NCBI GenBank assembly: GCA_963717505.1
Contig: OY970342.1
Location: forward strand, 2,784,001-2,848,000
Source: Candidatus Eiseniibacteriota bacterium
GTDB lineage: Bacteria > Eisenbacteria > RBG-16-71-46
Direction: 5' to 3'
Length of the DNA stretch: 64,000 bases
Shown here: positions 39,484 to 51,677 of the stretch, piece by piece
How the letters are laid out: every line of letters starts with the position of its first letter
Position numbering within the stretch: the stretch's first letter is position 1
The notes under the pieces: model-generated
Told to the model about the DNA's origin: nothing
The model's database searches: none
What the model saw: the letters and a program-made list of their open reading frames with translations, nothing else
Program-made: the position numbers and the translations under genes

Positions 39484-39861
39484 TTGCCCAGCCAGCCCAG
39501 CAAAGAGCTCGTCACCTTCCCGAATCCCACGCCGGGACGGGACTACGTCATCCGTCACGTTGCCCGGAGTACACGGCGATCTGCCCGGTCACCGGCCAGC
39601 CGGACTTCGGCGACGATCGTCGTGATCTACGTTCCCGACCGACTGTGCGTCGAGCTCAAGTCGCTAAAGCTCTACCTGTGGTCGTTCCGCAACGAGGGCC
39701 ACTACTTCGAGCAGGTGACCAACCAGATCCTCGACGACCTGGTGCGCGCGGTAGAGCCGCGGCGGATGACTGTGCTCGGCCGATTCAACGTGCGTGGGGG
39801 CATCGCGACCACCGTGGTCGCGCGCCACCGCCCCGAAGTCGCACCCGCGGCGCGCTCGTGA
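39484..39861 (+). CDS. queF: PreQ0 reductase QueF (type I); internal compensating frameshifts
   Basis: FPNP; PEYTAICPVTGQPDF in an alternate frame; VELKSLKLYLWSFRN; FNVRGGI. Confidence 0.9.
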   Translation: MPSQPSKELVTFPNPTPGRDYVIRHVARSTRRSARSPASRTSATIVVIYVPDRLCVELKSLKLYLWSFRNEGHYFEQVTNQILDDLVRAVEPRRMTVLGRFNVRGGIATTVVARHRPEVAPAARS

Positions 39862-39883
39862 GGTCCGGGCCGCTCGGCCGCCC

Positions 39884-42178
39884 ATGAATCCGATCGTCGT
39901 CCTGAGCACCGCCCTTCTCGGGCTCGGCGGCCTGGTGCTGCTACTCGGCGTGGTGATCCTGCGCGAGAACTCCGCGCAGCGGCTCAACCGCATCGTCGCG
40001 GCGATGCTGTTCTTCGGCGGGTTCGGCGCCGTGCTCGCCGGCATCGGCTACCTTGCGGGCCGCACCGGCGCGAGCCTGACGGCGGCCACCGGGCCCGACC
40101 TGCTGCAGAGTATGGCCTACGTCTGGGAGCTGTTCTTCCCGACGTTGTTCCTGTTCGCCAGCGTGTTCCCCGAGGAACGAGGCTTCACGCGGGTGCCGCG
40201 TTTCCTGGGCGCGCGCTTCTGGAATCCCGGGTTCACCACGCTGGTCTATGCGCCGCACGTGTTCCACTTCGCGCTCATGGTCGCGATCTCGCTGGGCGCG
40301 CCGAACCTGACGCTGCAGAAGGGCCCGCTGGCGCTGCTCGAACCCCTGGTTCAAGTGGTTCGCGTGTTCGGCGGCTTGTTCCTGCTCTTCCATCAGGTCC
40401 TGTTCTCGCTGGTCAATCTGGGATTCGGGATTCTCGCAATCCTGCTCTTGTTCGACAGTCATCGGCGCTCGCGGGTGCCCCAACTGCGGCGCCAGCTGTG
40501 GGTGATCGCGGTCGGCCTCACGGCCTCGCTGGTGTTCTACTCGATGGCCACCTCGATCCCCGGACTGTTCAATCGCGAGCTGCCGCCCCAGTGGCGATCG
40601 GTGTTGACCATTGCCGCACTCACCCTCGGCTCGGGGTCGATCGCCTGGTCGATCGTCCGCTACAAGTTCCTCGACGCGAAACTGCTGGCGCGGCGCGGCA
40701 TTCTGTACGCGCTGGGTTCGGCGGTGCTGGTCGGGGCCTACCTGCTGGTCGTCAGCCAGATGAATCGCTACCTCGCCGGCATCGGCGGGACCGGGGCTCA
40801 GGTTCTGCAGCCGGTGCTGCTGATCATCGCGCTCGCGCTGTTCCAGCCGGCGATCGCCCGGCTCGAGCAACTGGTGGACCAGATGTTCCTGCGCGATCCG
40901 ACTGACTATCGAAACGTGCTACGCCAACTCGGCCGCGAGCTGCAGACCACCATCGACCTCGAGTTGTTGCTCGGGCGCACGATCCAGACCGTCGCCGAAA
41001 CGCTGATCCTCGACCGGGCACACATCATCGGCTTCGCGCGTCAGGGCGCGGTCGCGCACACCGGAGCTGGAACGCCGCTGGCGGCGACCGACCTGGCATG
41101 GCTCCAGCAGATCCTGCCGCGAGTGTCGGCCCATCAGCAGAGCTACCGCCTGACCGAGCGGGTCGAGGGCCTGGCGCTCGAGGAGCAGGAGGTTCTGGTG
41201 AATCGCCTGGGCCTCGGCCTGCTGGTACCCATGCGCTGGCGCGGTGACGTGGTCGGCGCCCTGTTGCTCGGTCAGAAGATGGTCGGCACCGGCTACACGC
41301 CCGAGGACATCACCCTGCTGACCACGCTGGCCCAGCAGGTGTCGGTGTCTCTCCAGAACGCGCTCTTGCTCCGCGACCGTGTCTCGGTCGCGCGCTTCGA
41401 GGAAGAGCTGAACCTGGCTCGGCAGATCCAGCGCAATTCACTGCTGTCGGAGTTCCCGCCCATGCCCGGGGCCGAGGTCCATGCCGTGTACATCCCGTCG
41501 CGCCAGGTCGGTGGTGACTTCTACGATGTGGTGCCGACTGGGGATGGCTCGTTTCTGGTCGCGATCGCCGACGTGTCCGGGAAAGGAGTGCCCGCGGCGC
41601 TCCTGTCGTCGATGCTCCAGGCTTCGTTGCGCACCCAGGCCGATGGCACGCGTCCACTGGCCGAGATCCTGCGCACGATCAACGCGCTCATGTACCGGAG
41701 CACGGCGACCCAGCAGTTCGCGACCTTCTTTCTGGCGCGCATCGACACCACGGCGCGCACCCTGACCTTCTCGAACGCGGGTCACAACTATCCGATCGTG
41801 ATCCGGAAAGGCGGTACCCGGCGGACGCTCGAGCGCGGCGGCACGATCCTCGGCATCATCGAGCACGTCGAGTTCGAGGAGGATCAGGTGATCCTGGCGC
41901 CCGGGGACCTGGTCGTGCTCTACACCGACGGGGTCAGCGAGGCGATGAACGACGAGGGCGAGCAGTTCGGCGAGGAGCGGCTGCACGCCTGCCTGGGCGG
42001 GCTGCCCACCGGGCTGCCGGCACGCGAGGTCACCGATCGGCTGCTGGCGGAGGTGCGCACGTTCCTGGACGGCGCCGAACCCCAGGACGACGTCACGCTC
42101 CTGGTGCTGCGGATGACGGAGTCGGTGCCGGCGGCGGCCAGCGGCGAGCGGACGCGGGAGACCGTCGAGGCGCTGTGA
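39884..42178 (+). CDS. Multi-TM + GAF + SpoIIE/PP2C phosphatase
   Basis: Many TM helices (ending SIVRYKFLD...LVDQMF); GAF-like region; GGDFYD, ADVSGKG, NAGH, YTDGVSEA and DDVT motifs. Confidence 0.92.
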   Translation: MNPIVVLSTALLGLGGLVLLLGVVILRENSAQRLNRIVAAMLFFGGFGAVLAGIGYLAGRTGASLTAATGPDLLQSMAYVWELFFPTLFLFASVFPEERGFTRVPRFLGARFWNPGFTTLVYAPHVFHFALMVAISLGAPNLTLQKGPLALLEPLVQVVRVFGGLFLLFHQVLFSLVNLGFGILAILLLFDSHRRSRVPQLRRQLWVIAVGLTASLVFYSMATSIPGLFNRELPPQWRSVLTIAALTLGSGSIAWSIVRYKFLDAKLLARRGILYALGSAVLVGAYLLVVSQMNRYLAGIGGTGAQVLQPVLLIIALALFQPAIARLEQLVDQMFLRDPTDYRNVLRQLGRELQTTIDLELLLGRTIQTVAETLILDRAHIIGFARQGAVAHTGAGTPLAATDLAWLQQILPRVSAHQQSYRLTERVEGLALEEQEVLVNRLGLGLLVPMRWRGDVVGALLLGQKMVGTGYTPEDITLLTTLAQQVSVSLQNALLLRDRVSVARFEEELNLARQIQRNSLLSEFPPMPGAEVHAVYIPSRQVGGDFYDVVPTGDGSFLVAIADVSGKGVPAALLSSMLQASLRTQADGTRPLAEILRTINALMYRSTATQQFATFFLARIDTTARTLTFSNAGHNYPIVIRKGGTRRTLERGGTILGIIEHVEFEEDQVILAPGDLVVLYTDGVSEAMNDEGEQFGEERLHACLGGLPTGLPAREVTDRLLAEVRTFLDGAEPQDDVTLLVLRMTESVPAAASGERTRETVEAL

Positions 42179-42231
42179 GGTGCTCTATTCTATTGCGTGG
42201 AAGTGCGACCTGGAGTTCAATTGAAGCTCGT

Positions 42232-42816
42232 ATGAGCACGCATCGATGGTTGTGCGCCGCACTGTTCGTCCTGGCGCTCGTGCCCGCCGCGGCCACGGCG
42301 GACGAGGTCGGCGCGCCCGCGCCCGTCGATCTACTGGACGGCGCCGGCGAGATCCTCATCCCATCGGAGTGGGCAGGCGTCTGGCAGGTGTCGGACAGTA
42401 TCTACGACTGCCAGGGCTCACCACTGCGAACCGAGACGTACGAGCAAACGCTCTGCCCCGGGCGCCCGTACTCTCCTGGCTTCTATGGGGTTCCTCCTGA
42501 AATCGGCTACGCGATTCCCTTTGAATGCGACGGCACCATCAGCGACACAGACTTGAATGTGATCTGCGCCGCGCTCATCGCACTCGGTTTGGGCGGCTGC
42601 TATGTGAAATTCGATCTTCAAGTCGATGCCACGCGCAACGGGAACACCATGGAAGCCATCAAGATCTTCAACAGCCAGATCCACGGTCCATGCAACCCGG
42701 ACCCGGTCTGCCGAATCGTGCGCTCGACCGCGACGCGGATAGGGCCCGCGCCGAAGTCGTGCGGAACCCCGGTCGATCGAGCTTCGTGGGGGTCAGTGAA
42801 GGTGCGCTATCGATAG
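42232..42816 (+). CDS. Cys-rich secreted protein with C-terminal TPVxxxSWGxVKxRYR tag
   Basis: Signal peptide; multiple Cys residues; C-terminus GTPVDRASWGSVKVRYR. Confidence 0.75.
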   Translation: MSTHRWLCAALFVLALVPAAATADEVGAPAPVDLLDGAGEILIPSEWAGVWQVSDSIYDCQGSPLRTETYEQTLCPGRPYSPGFYGVPPEIGYAIPFECDGTISDTDLNVICAALIALGLGGCYVKFDLQVDATRNGNTMEAIKIFNSQIHGPCNPDPVCRIVRSTATRIGPAPKSCGTPVDRASWGSVKVRYR

Positions 42817-42828
42817 ACGGCTGTGAGG

Positions 42829-44043
42829 CTAGGAATCGCCCGGCTGATAGCCGATCCGGTAGACCTCGCCGGTGAGTGAAACCACGTAAAGTTCGCCGGC
42901 CGCGTCGACGCCGAACGCGCTCGGTTGCAACCGCTCGGTCAGCCGCCACTGCTTGTGGTCCACCACACGTCCGCGCTCGAAGCTAAAGCTGCGGATCCAG
43001 CCCTTGCAGTGGTCGGCATAGAAGTAGTGCCCCGCCAGTTCGGGATGCCGGCGGCCACGGTAGACGAAGCCGCCGATCACGGTGCAGCCGTCGCGGCTGG
43101 GGTACTCGACCACCGGCAACGTCAGTCCCTGGTGTGAGACCGTGGCGCGGCGAAACGGATGGCGGCCCTCCATCAGATTCCAGCCGTAGTTGAGGCCGCC
43201 GCGCGCTGCGGGCGCCGCATCGACTTCTTCCCACGCGTTCTGGCCGACGTCGCCGATGAACAGTGTTCCCGAGGGCGGATCGAACGAGAACTGCCAGGGG
43301 TTGCGCAGCCCCCAGGCCCAGATCTCCGGCTTGGCGCCGGCGCGGCCGACGAACGGGTTGTCGGGCGGGACGCGATAGGACTTCTCGACGTCGATGTCGA
43401 TCCGCAGCAGCTTGCCGAGCAGCGTGCCCAGATTCTGGCCGTTGCGGTGCGGATCGCCACCCGAGCCGCCGTCGCCGAGTCCGACGTAGAGCATGCCGTC
43501 GGGACCGAACGCGATCAGACCGCCGTTGTGGTTGGCGTACGGCTGCTTCTGCGCCAGCACCAGCTCGGCACTCGTTGGGTCGGCGACGTCGGGGTTGTCG
43601 CCGACGCGCCAGCGCTCGATTCGCGTGTCGCCCTCTTTGTCGGTGTACGACACGAACAGCTGGCGGTTCTCCGCGAAGCGCGGATGGAACGCGATCGACA
43701 AGAGGCCGCGCTCGTAGCCGGTCGAGATCTGGCGGCCGATGTCGAGGAAGGGGCGGGCGAGCAGAGAGCCCTGCTTCCAGATCTTGACCTTGCCGTGCTG
43801 CTCGACGATGAACAGCCGGGAGTCGCCGGCGGGAGACAGGACCTGGACCGGGTTCTCGAGGCGATCGGTGACCAGGTCGAGCGTCAGGCCGGACGCCAAC
43901 TCGATCGGGGCTTCGCTCTCGGAGCGCGCGAGGTCGCGAATCACCACGAAGCCCGCAACCACGAGCGTCACCACCGCCGCGATCAGGAACGCGGGACGCA
44001 CCGGCGGCTGGCGCGGTGCCGGGGTCGTCGTCGTGTCGTCCAT
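42829..44043 (-). CDS. PQQ-dependent sugar dehydrogenase (glucose/sorbosone dehydrogenase family)
   Basis: ERGLLSIAFHP, NHNGG, FGPDGMLY, GKLLRID, GLRNPW and NYGW motifs. Confidence 0.92.
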   Translation of the reverse strand: MDDTTTTPAPRQPPVRPAFLIAAVVTLVVAGFVVIRDLARSESEAPIELASGLTLDLVTDRLENPVQVLSPAGDSRLFIVEQHGKVKIWKQGSLLARPFLDIGRQISTGYERGLLSIAFHPRFAENRQLFVSYTDKEGDTRIERWRVGDNPDVADPTSAELVLAQKQPYANHNGGLIAFGPDGMLYVGLGDGGSGGDPHRNGQNLGTLLGKLLRIDIDVEKSYRVPPDNPFVGRAGAKPEIWAWGLRNPWQFSFDPPSGTLFIGDVGQNAWEEVDAAPAARGGLNYGWNLMEGRHPFRRATVSHQGLTLPVVEYPSRDGCTVIGGFVYRGRRHPELAGHYFYADHCKGWIRSFSFERGRVVDHKQWRLTERLQPSAFGVDAAGELYVVSLTGEVYRIGYQPGDS

Positions 44044-44047
44044 GTTG

Positions 44048-45586
44048 TTAGCTCCCGGGCAATCCGCCGTGCGCGCGGACCAACGAATCCAGGTAGCTCG
44101 GAGTCGCCACCGCGAGCGAGCCGTCGATCCGATAGACGGCGTAGAGCGCTCGGTCGTTAACGTCCAGGGCTCGGACGAACGTCACACTGTCCACGGCTGG
44201 AAACAGAACCCGAACACCCAACCCGTCGAGCAGCGCGGCGCGTACGTTCCGCTCCCAGTACGTCTCACGCATTTGGGCGACGTCCGGATGCTGTTGGGTT
44301 TCGATCTGGATGGCCGTCGGGGACCAGAAGCGCAGCACCGTGCCCGCGGGCAAACCGGCGTCGCGAAGATCACGCCAGACATTCCGAGCGATGATCGCCC
44401 GGTCCACAGACGGGTCGGACCGCAGCACGCCATAGAACGGCATGGTCTCGATCTTGCGGATCACGAAGATGCCGTTGACGAAGAAGGTTGCCGCGAACGC
44501 GAGACCGCCGGCAGCCACCAGGCGACGAGCCCGGATCGGCGCTCGCTCCTTCAGGTGGTCCCAGGTCATCGCCAGCACCAGGCTGACGCCGATCAGTGGA
44601 CCGTAGAGATAGTAGTGGTAGGTGTGGTTGGGCAGCAGCGCCACTGGCGCGATCAGCGCCAGGAACCACACGGCGCCCAGCCACCAGGGGCGCCGTCGCA
44701 AGTCGGCGGAGAGGAAGCCGAGCGCCCACGCGGCGGCCGCGATCGCGCCGGCGACCACCGCACCGGGTTCGACCTGGTCGGCGAACCCGATCATGGTCAC
44801 GTACCAGCTGTTCACGCTCCAGCCAAGGTATGTCGCTAGGTTCGCGAGGGCGTGAGGTCCGAGTGAAATGTGATAGGCCGCATCGGCGCCGCGCTCGGTG
44901 CCGAGACCGATCGCCCTCGAGCCGGCGATGCCGACCGCGAACAGCACCGCGACGCCGCCCATCGCGTACAGCACGGGATCCCGCAGGGTTCGGCGTTGCG
45001 CCACGCGCAGCGCTGCGATCACCAGGGGCAAGCCGATCGAGGTCTCCTTGGACAGCAGCGACAGTCCGAACAGCGGCAGGGCCAGCCAGCGCGCGATCCC
45101 GGGCGTGCGCTCGACCAGGATCGCCCCGAGCGCGAACGCGATCGACAGGATCGAGCTGACCGTGGCGATCCAGTAGAGCGTCGTGTGCAACGCCGGATGC
45201 GCGGCGAAGAAGGTCGCGCCGAGCACCGCCGCCGGCAGTGAAGCGAAAGGGAGGAGCACGAACAGGACCAGAACCGACGTCGTGGCGTGGAGCAGCAGGC
45301 TCGCCATCCGGTAGGGGAATGGATCGAGCCCGGCGACCGCGCCCATCGCGTCGTAGTAGTACTGGTTGCCGATCAGCCGCCAGATGCCGTCGAGCCGGGG
45401 CAAGAGCCCGCGCGCGCGCGCCAGCCCCTCGAAGTCGTCCTGCGCGAAGAAATAGGGCAGCACCCCGCGGAACACGACGATCGCGACCAAGGCGACCCAG
45501 ACCGCGCCGAGCGCGGGCATCCAGGATGCGATCTCGGGGCGCCGCGCGCGAGGTTGTTGGGGTCGGGTCCTCCTCCGATCCGGCAT
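44048..45586 (-). CDS. Polytopic membrane protein, GT-C-type glycosyltransferase-like
   Basis: FFAQDDF acidic loop, DPFPY and LLSKET motifs; many TM helices; real start MPDRRR rather than the 666-aa ORF. Confidence 0.65.
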   Translation of the reverse strand: MPDRRRTRPQQPRARRPEIASWMPALGAVWVALVAIVVFRGVLPYFFAQDDFEGLARARGLLPRLDGIWRLIGNQYYYDAMGAVAGLDPFPYRMASLLLHATTSVLVLFVLLPFASLPAAVLGATFFAAHPALHTTLYWIATVSSILSIAFALGAILVERTPGIARWLALPLFGLSLLSKETSIGLPLVIAALRVAQRRTLRDPVLYAMGGVAVLFAVGIAGSRAIGLGTERGADAAYHISLGPHALANLATYLGWSVNSWYVTMIGFADQVEPGAVVAGAIAAAAWALGFLSADLRRRPWWLGAVWFLALIAPVALLPNHTYHYYLYGPLIGVSLVLAMTWDHLKERAPIRARRLVAAGGLAFAATFFVNGIFVIRKIETMPFYGVLRSDPSVDRAIIARNVWRDLRDAGLPAGTVLRFWSPTAIQIETQQHPDVAQMRETYWERNVRAALLDGLGVRVLFPAVDSVTFVRALDVNDRALYAVYRIDGSLAVATPSYLDSLVRAHGGLPGS

Positions 45587-45606
45587 GGGGAGGACCCTAG
45601 CAGACC

Positions 45607-46892
<1,286 letters not shown>

Positions 46893-46950
46893 GTCCTCGT
46901 TCCTCGTGGTCGCGCGGACGCGGGCCGCGCAGCGTTCAGTGGGTTCCGGT

Positions 46951-48524
46951 TCACACCGGATCGAACCAGCCGTTGTCGATCATGGCCTCGCTCAGCCGGC
47001 ACGCCTCGCCGAGGCTTGCCGCGTTGCCGGCGTCCTTGCCGCGCGGGAGCTCGCTCGACCAGGCGCTCCAGCTCCTCGTCGAACAAGCGGGTGATGAACT
47101 CCTGAGTGTGGGGCACGGCGCGTCCGTCGCTCGTCGAGGATCGGCGCCCGTCGCGGTGACGCATGCGCTGGGCGATCATCAGCCGGTAGATGCGGTCGGT
47201 CGCGAGGTCCTCCATGTAGCCGTCGAGCAGGCTCGCGCCCTTGCCGTTGAGCACGCCGTTCCGGTAGCGGATCACGGTGCGCACCGCGGCGCGCGTGCCG
47301 GCGACAGTGCGCTGGCCGACGCCGGTCGGCGCGCGGGCGCAGGTCCGGGTAGCGGTCTCGACGCCCGGCGGCCGCGTCCGGATCTGGTTGGGCGCCGGGA
47401 ACTGTGCCGACCGCGATCGCGTTCTGGTCGGGATGCCCGGTCCAGGCGCCGTCCATGAAGCACGCCGCTTCGTTCCGCTTGTCCTGCTCGAGCACCGCCA
47501 GGGCGCGCGCGTTCAGCTCCGGCGTCCTCGCGGCTCGGGATAGAGCGCGGTCATGCCGCCGATCGCGAGCGCGCCGCGCCGGTGGCAGATGTCGACCAGC
47601 AGGTGGCGCAGGCTCTGGAAGAACGGCACGTCGTGGGGAATCGTGTTGCGGTCGGGCAGCACCCAGTCGGGTTCGGCGAGGTTGAAGTGGATCAGGCTCG
47701 CCATGTAGTCCCAGCGACCCAGGTTCAGGCCGACGATGTGATCGCGCAGGTGGTGGAGGAACTCCTCCATCTGGAACGCCAGCGGGTGCGACTCGACCAG
47801 CGCCATGCAGCGGATCGCGTCGGGCGGCCAGCCGCGCGCGCGCGCCAGGGCCCGGAACACGTCGCGCCACCACAGCGCCTCGTCGGCCGACTCGGACTTG
47901 GGGATGTAGAAGCACAGCGGGTGGCGCAGCGCGCGCGGCAGTCGACCTGGTAGGCGATCAGCGCCAGGTCGAACAGCGAGGCCGACGTCGGTTCGTCGAA
48001 GATCAGCCCGGCCTGGCACAGGTGCAGGCCGCGCACGCGGCTCCAGATCACGGTCGACGACGGCTTGATGTCGACGTGGCGTCCGCGCTTGCGGTCGTCG
48101 TAGCTGAGCTCGCCGCGCAGCGCCGCGAGGATGTTGCGAACCCCGGTCATCAGGTTGGGCCACTGGTTGGCCATCGAGTCTTCGAGGTCGAGCATCACGC
48201 CCGGGAGCGCCCGAGTTGAGCATCTTGACCACCAGCTCGGCGTCGTCGGCGGGCCCGGTCATCTGATTGCGCTGATCGGCGACACCACTCCGGCACGTCG
48301 ATCCGCCACTCGCCGGTCGTAGCGTCCGAGGCCGGCAGGTGCTCCGGACGGTGGCCCTCGTGGGCGGCCGCGAGCGCGTCCCGCCGGGCGAGCATCAAGG
48401 AGCGCTGGCGCGGGGTGAACTCGCGGTGCAGCGGCACATAGAACTCCATGAAGCCATCCGGGAGATCGCGCGCGGCGTTGAACTCCGGCGGCGTATGGTT
48501 CATACGGGCGTCGACGGCGGGCAT
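46951..48524 (-). CDS. aceB: Malate synthase; frameshifted
   Basis: MTGPADD, MLDLEDS, RVRGLH, YIPKSE, GLNLGRWDY, AIGGM, DGAWTGHP and MEDLAT motifs; directly upstream of aceA. Confidence 0.88.
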
Positions 48525-48594
48525 GGAAAAGGCTCCTGCGGCCCCCGGCGCGGGGTTGGGATTGGGGCCGGTTACGGTCGGGCGGGATGTGGGA

Positions 48595-48623
48595 ATGTTA
48601 TCGGCACGCGCTTCCAGGCTCAA
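48595..48623 (-). promoter_or_regulatory. sigma70-like promoter for aceBA
   Basis: Minus strand TTGAGC-N17-TAACAT. Confidence 0.5.
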
Positions 48624-48681
48624 CACCAAAGGCTGAAGGCTGTTCCCCGGGTGGCCGGTCCCTCTAGAATTGCCCCCCGAC

Positions 48682-49722
48682 ATGGACCCCCTCCGCCTAC
48701 CCAGCCACGAGCTCGAGCCGTTCGCCCGCATGGCGCTCGCTTCCGTGACCCGCGAATACCCGAGTCACGTCAGCCACCTGATGCGCGGCGACCACGACGC
48801 CCGCCCGCCACGCGAGCTGACCCCCGCGTTCTTCGGCTCCTTCGACTGGCACTCGTCGGTGCACGGCCATTGGTGCCTGGCGCGCGCGCTGCGCTGCGGT
48901 CTCGGCGGCGAGGTCGCCGATCGGGCCCGCTCCGTGTTGGTGGGCCATCTGACCCAGGAGCGGATGGCAGGCGAAGTCGAATACCTGTCAGCCGCCGAGA
49001 GGGGCGGGTTCGAGCGCCCCTACGGCCTGGCCTGGCTGCTCCAGCTCGCGGCCGAGCTGCGCGAGTGGGGGAGTCCCGCGACCGAGTGGCTCGAGGCCCT
49101 GCGCCCGCTCGAAGACTTGGTGGCCGAACGGATGGCATCATGGCTGCCGCGACTCCGGCAGCCGATTCGCTCCGGCGAACACAGTCAGACCGCGTTCGCC
49201 ATGGGACTGGCGTTGGATTGGGCGCGCGCAAAAAGGGACGAGGCTTTCGAGCGATTGGTCGTCCGGCGCGCCCGGGAGTTCCACGAGTCCGATCGCCGTG
49301 CCCCGATCGGCTACGAGCCCTCCGGGCACGACTTTCTGTCGCCGGTCCTCGGGGAAGCCGACCTCATGCGTCGCGTGCTGTCGCCGGACGGATTCGCCGC
49401 CTGGCTCGCGGAGTTCCTTCCGGACTTGGACGGCCCGCCGGCCCAGGAATGGCTCACGCCAGTCGAAACCACGGACCGGGCCGACGGCAAGCTCGCGCAT
49501 CTGGACGGCCTCAATCTGAGCCGCGCATGGATGCTCGAAGGCATCGTGTCGGCGCTTGCGCCCACGGCTGCATTCCACGCGGTCTTCGACCGCGCCGCCG
49601 CGGCGCACCGTCGTGTCGGGCTCGACGCCGCGCGTCACTCGACCGAGTACGCGGGTGGGCACTGGTTGGGCTCGTTCGCTTTGTACGTCGTCACCCGGCG
49701 CGGACTGGCGATCGATCCGTGA
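48682..49722 (+). CDS. DUF2891 family protein
   Basis: REYP, PAFFGSFDWHSSVHGHW, FERPYGLAW, HLDGLNLSRAW and HWLGSFA motifs. Confidence 0.88.
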   Translation: MDPLRLPSHELEPFARMALASVTREYPSHVSHLMRGDHDARPPRELTPAFFGSFDWHSSVHGHWCLARALRCGLGGEVADRARSVLVGHLTQERMAGEVEYLSAAERGGFERPYGLAWLLQLAAELREWGSPATEWLEALRPLEDLVAERMASWLPRLRQPIRSGEHSQTAFAMGLALDWARAKRDEAFERLVVRRAREFHESDRRAPIGYEPSGHDFLSPVLGEADLMRRVLSPDGFAAWLAEFLPDLDGPPAQEWLTPVETTDRADGKLAHLDGLNLSRAWMLEGIVSALAPTAAFHAVFDRAAAAHRRVGLDAARHSTEYAGGHWLGSFALYVVTRRGLAIDP

Positions 49723-49757
49723 CCGGGACTGGGGCTCTCGGGTACACTCATCGCCAC

Positions 49758-51596
49758 ATGAATCCAGCGTCGGCCCTTGCATCCGTGACCCGACGACGTT
49801 CGATCCGGCTGGCCGCGCTGGGGGGCGTCTTGCTTGTTGGCGTGGCCGCGGCCGCTCCCGGCCCTGCGCTGAACCCGAACCCCAAGCTCGAACCCGCACT
49901 CGCGCGCCTGGTCGAGCGGCAGCCCGAGAGTCCGGTCGTCGCATGGGTCTACTTCAGCGATCGCGCGGGGGCCGAGCAGGATCCCGGCGCCATCGCCAAA
50001 GTGCGCGCGTCGTGGCCCGAGCGGACATTTGCGCGCCGGGCGAACCGCGGCCTGAAGGTCGGCGTCCAGGCGTCGGACCTGCCGGTTCACGCTCCCTACC
50101 TGCGGGCACTCGAAGCCCGCGGCGCGCACCTCCGTGGCGCCAGTCGCTGGCTCAATGCCGCCAGCGTCACGCTTCCGGCGAAGGTCGTTCCTGAAATCGC
50201 GCGGCTGCCGTTCGTTTCGCGGGTCGAGCGCGTGCCGGTCGGAGCGCCAAGGCGCGAGCAGAGCTACCTGGTCGGAGTCCCGGAAGAAGTTTCGCCTTCG
50301 TCGCCCACGCCGGCCGCCGCCGCCGCGGTCCCCGGCGACGCCGCCTACTACGGTGGCGCGTTCCGGCAACTATCCATCATGCAAGCGCCTCAGCTCCATG
50401 CGGACGGAATCAACGGTGCCGGGGTCCTGGTGTGCGTGCTCGACACCGGCTTCAAGCTCGACCACCAGATTTTCGCGGGCATCAACGTGATGGCAACCCG
50501 CGACTTCATCAATGGCGACTCGAATGTCGCGTTCGACCCGCTGCAGGACGCCGCGAGCCAGCCGAACCACGGTACGCTGGTGCTCGGCACGATGGCCGGG
50601 AATCTGCCGGGGACGTTCGTCGGCGGCGCCTACGGCGCCACCTACGCGTTGGGAAAGACCGAGAACGTCGCGAGCGAGACCCCGGTCGAAATGGACTTCT
50701 GGCAGTTCGGCGCCGAGTGGGCCGACAGTCTGGGCGCGGACGTCATCTCCTCGAGTCTCGGGTACTCGGTGTTCGACGATTCGCTCGACAGCTACGCCTA
50801 CGCCGACATGGACGGCCGAACGACCGTCGTCACCCTGGCGGCCGTCGAGGCGGTGAGTCGCGGCATCACGGTGCTGACCGCCGCGGGCAACGAGGGCGGG
50901 ACGCCTTGGGAGCACCTGATCGCGCCTTCTGACGCCGACACGCTGATCGGCATAGGCGCGGTCGACTCGTTCAATGTCGCTCAGGCGTTCTCGTCGCGCG
51001 GACCGACCGCGGATCAGCGGATCAAGCCCGACGTCACCGCCATGGGGCGAAGCGTGCTGACGGGTTCGACCAGCAGTACGACAACCTACGTTCGAGTCAG
51101 CGGCACGTCGCTCTCGACCCCGCTGGCCGGCTCGGTCGCCGCGCTCCTGCTCCAGGCGCATCCGACCTGGGGACCGTATGAGGTTCGAGCCGCCATGCGT
51201 TCGAGCGCGCTCAACAGCGCGAACCCAGACACGGTCATTGGCTGGGGGCTGATCCAGGCGATGGCGGCGAACTCGTGGAACGGTACGACCGATGTTCGTC
51301 CGTCGCCGCGCGCCGGTCGCATCGGACTGTCGATCGGGCCGAACCCGATCCGGTCCGGTGCCGAAGCCCGGATTCGACTGTCCGCTCCCGGTGTCCAACG
51401 CGTCACCGTGGATGTGCTCGACTTGGCGGGTCGCCGCCAGAGCCGATTGTTCGATGACGTCGTCGATGGTGTGCGCGAGATTCGTTGGAGCGGCACGGCG
51501 GCCGACGGTCACCGGCTCCCCGCCGGCATCTATTGGATGCGCGCGGCGACCGCGGGCGTGAATGCTTCGATCGCCCGCATTGTCCTCCTGCCCTGA
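49758..51596 (+). CDS. S8 (subtilisin-like) serine peptidase with FlgD-Ig-like C-terminal domain
   Basis: Triad VLDTG / HGTLV / GTSLSTP and oxyanion AAGNEG; C-terminal PNP...DLAGR...WSG...PAGIYW. Confidence 0.92.
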   Translation: MNPASALASVTRRRSIRLAALGGVLLVGVAAAAPGPALNPNPKLEPALARLVERQPESPVVAWVYFSDRAGAEQDPGAIAKVRASWPERTFARRANRGLKVGVQASDLPVHAPYLRALEARGAHLRGASRWLNAASVTLPAKVVPEIARLPFVSRVERVPVGAPRREQSYLVGVPEEVSPSSPTPAAAAAVPGDAAYYGGAFRQLSIMQAPQLHADGINGAGVLVCVLDTGFKLDHQIFAGINVMATRDFINGDSNVAFDPLQDAASQPNHGTLVLGTMAGNLPGTFVGGAYGATYALGKTENVASETPVEMDFWQFGAEWADSLGADVISSSLGYSVFDDSLDSYAYADMDGRTTVVTLAAVEAVSRGITVLTAAGNEGGTPWEHLIAPSDADTLIGIGAVDSFNVAQAFSSRGPTADQRIKPDVTAMGRSVLTGSTSSTTTYVRVSGTSLSTPLAGSVAALLLQAHPTWGPYEVRAAMRSSALNSANPDTVIGWGLIQAMAANSWNGTTDVRPSPRAGRIGLSIGPNPIRSGAEARIRLSAPGVQRVTVDVLDLAGRRQSRLFDDVVDGVREIRWSGTAADGHRLPAGIYWMRAATAGVNASIARIVLLP

Positions 51597-51616
51597 GGCT
51601 GCTGCGCGCGCCGGCG

Positions 51617-51645
51617 TTGCCCGGCCCGCGGTCCGCGACTAGATT
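51617..51645 (+). promoter_or_regulatory. sigma70-like promoter
   Basis: TTGCCC-N17-TAGATT upstream of ATG 51678. Confidence 0.5.
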
Positions 51646-51677
51646 CCTGGCTGCCCCGTCCTGGCGGAGCCCAACGC

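Noticed and set aside
48598-48605. Perfect sigma28 -10 (GCCGATAA) upstream of aceB
   Set aside because: There is no matching -35, and the overlapping TTGAGC-N17-TAACAT sigma70 promoter explains the site better.
48339-49757. N-terminal extension of the S8 peptidase (1085-aa ORF), and similar extensions at 1369, 25391, 56266 and 61826
   Set aside because: They overlap other genes or promoters; signal peptides and RBS or -10 elements point to the downstream starts.
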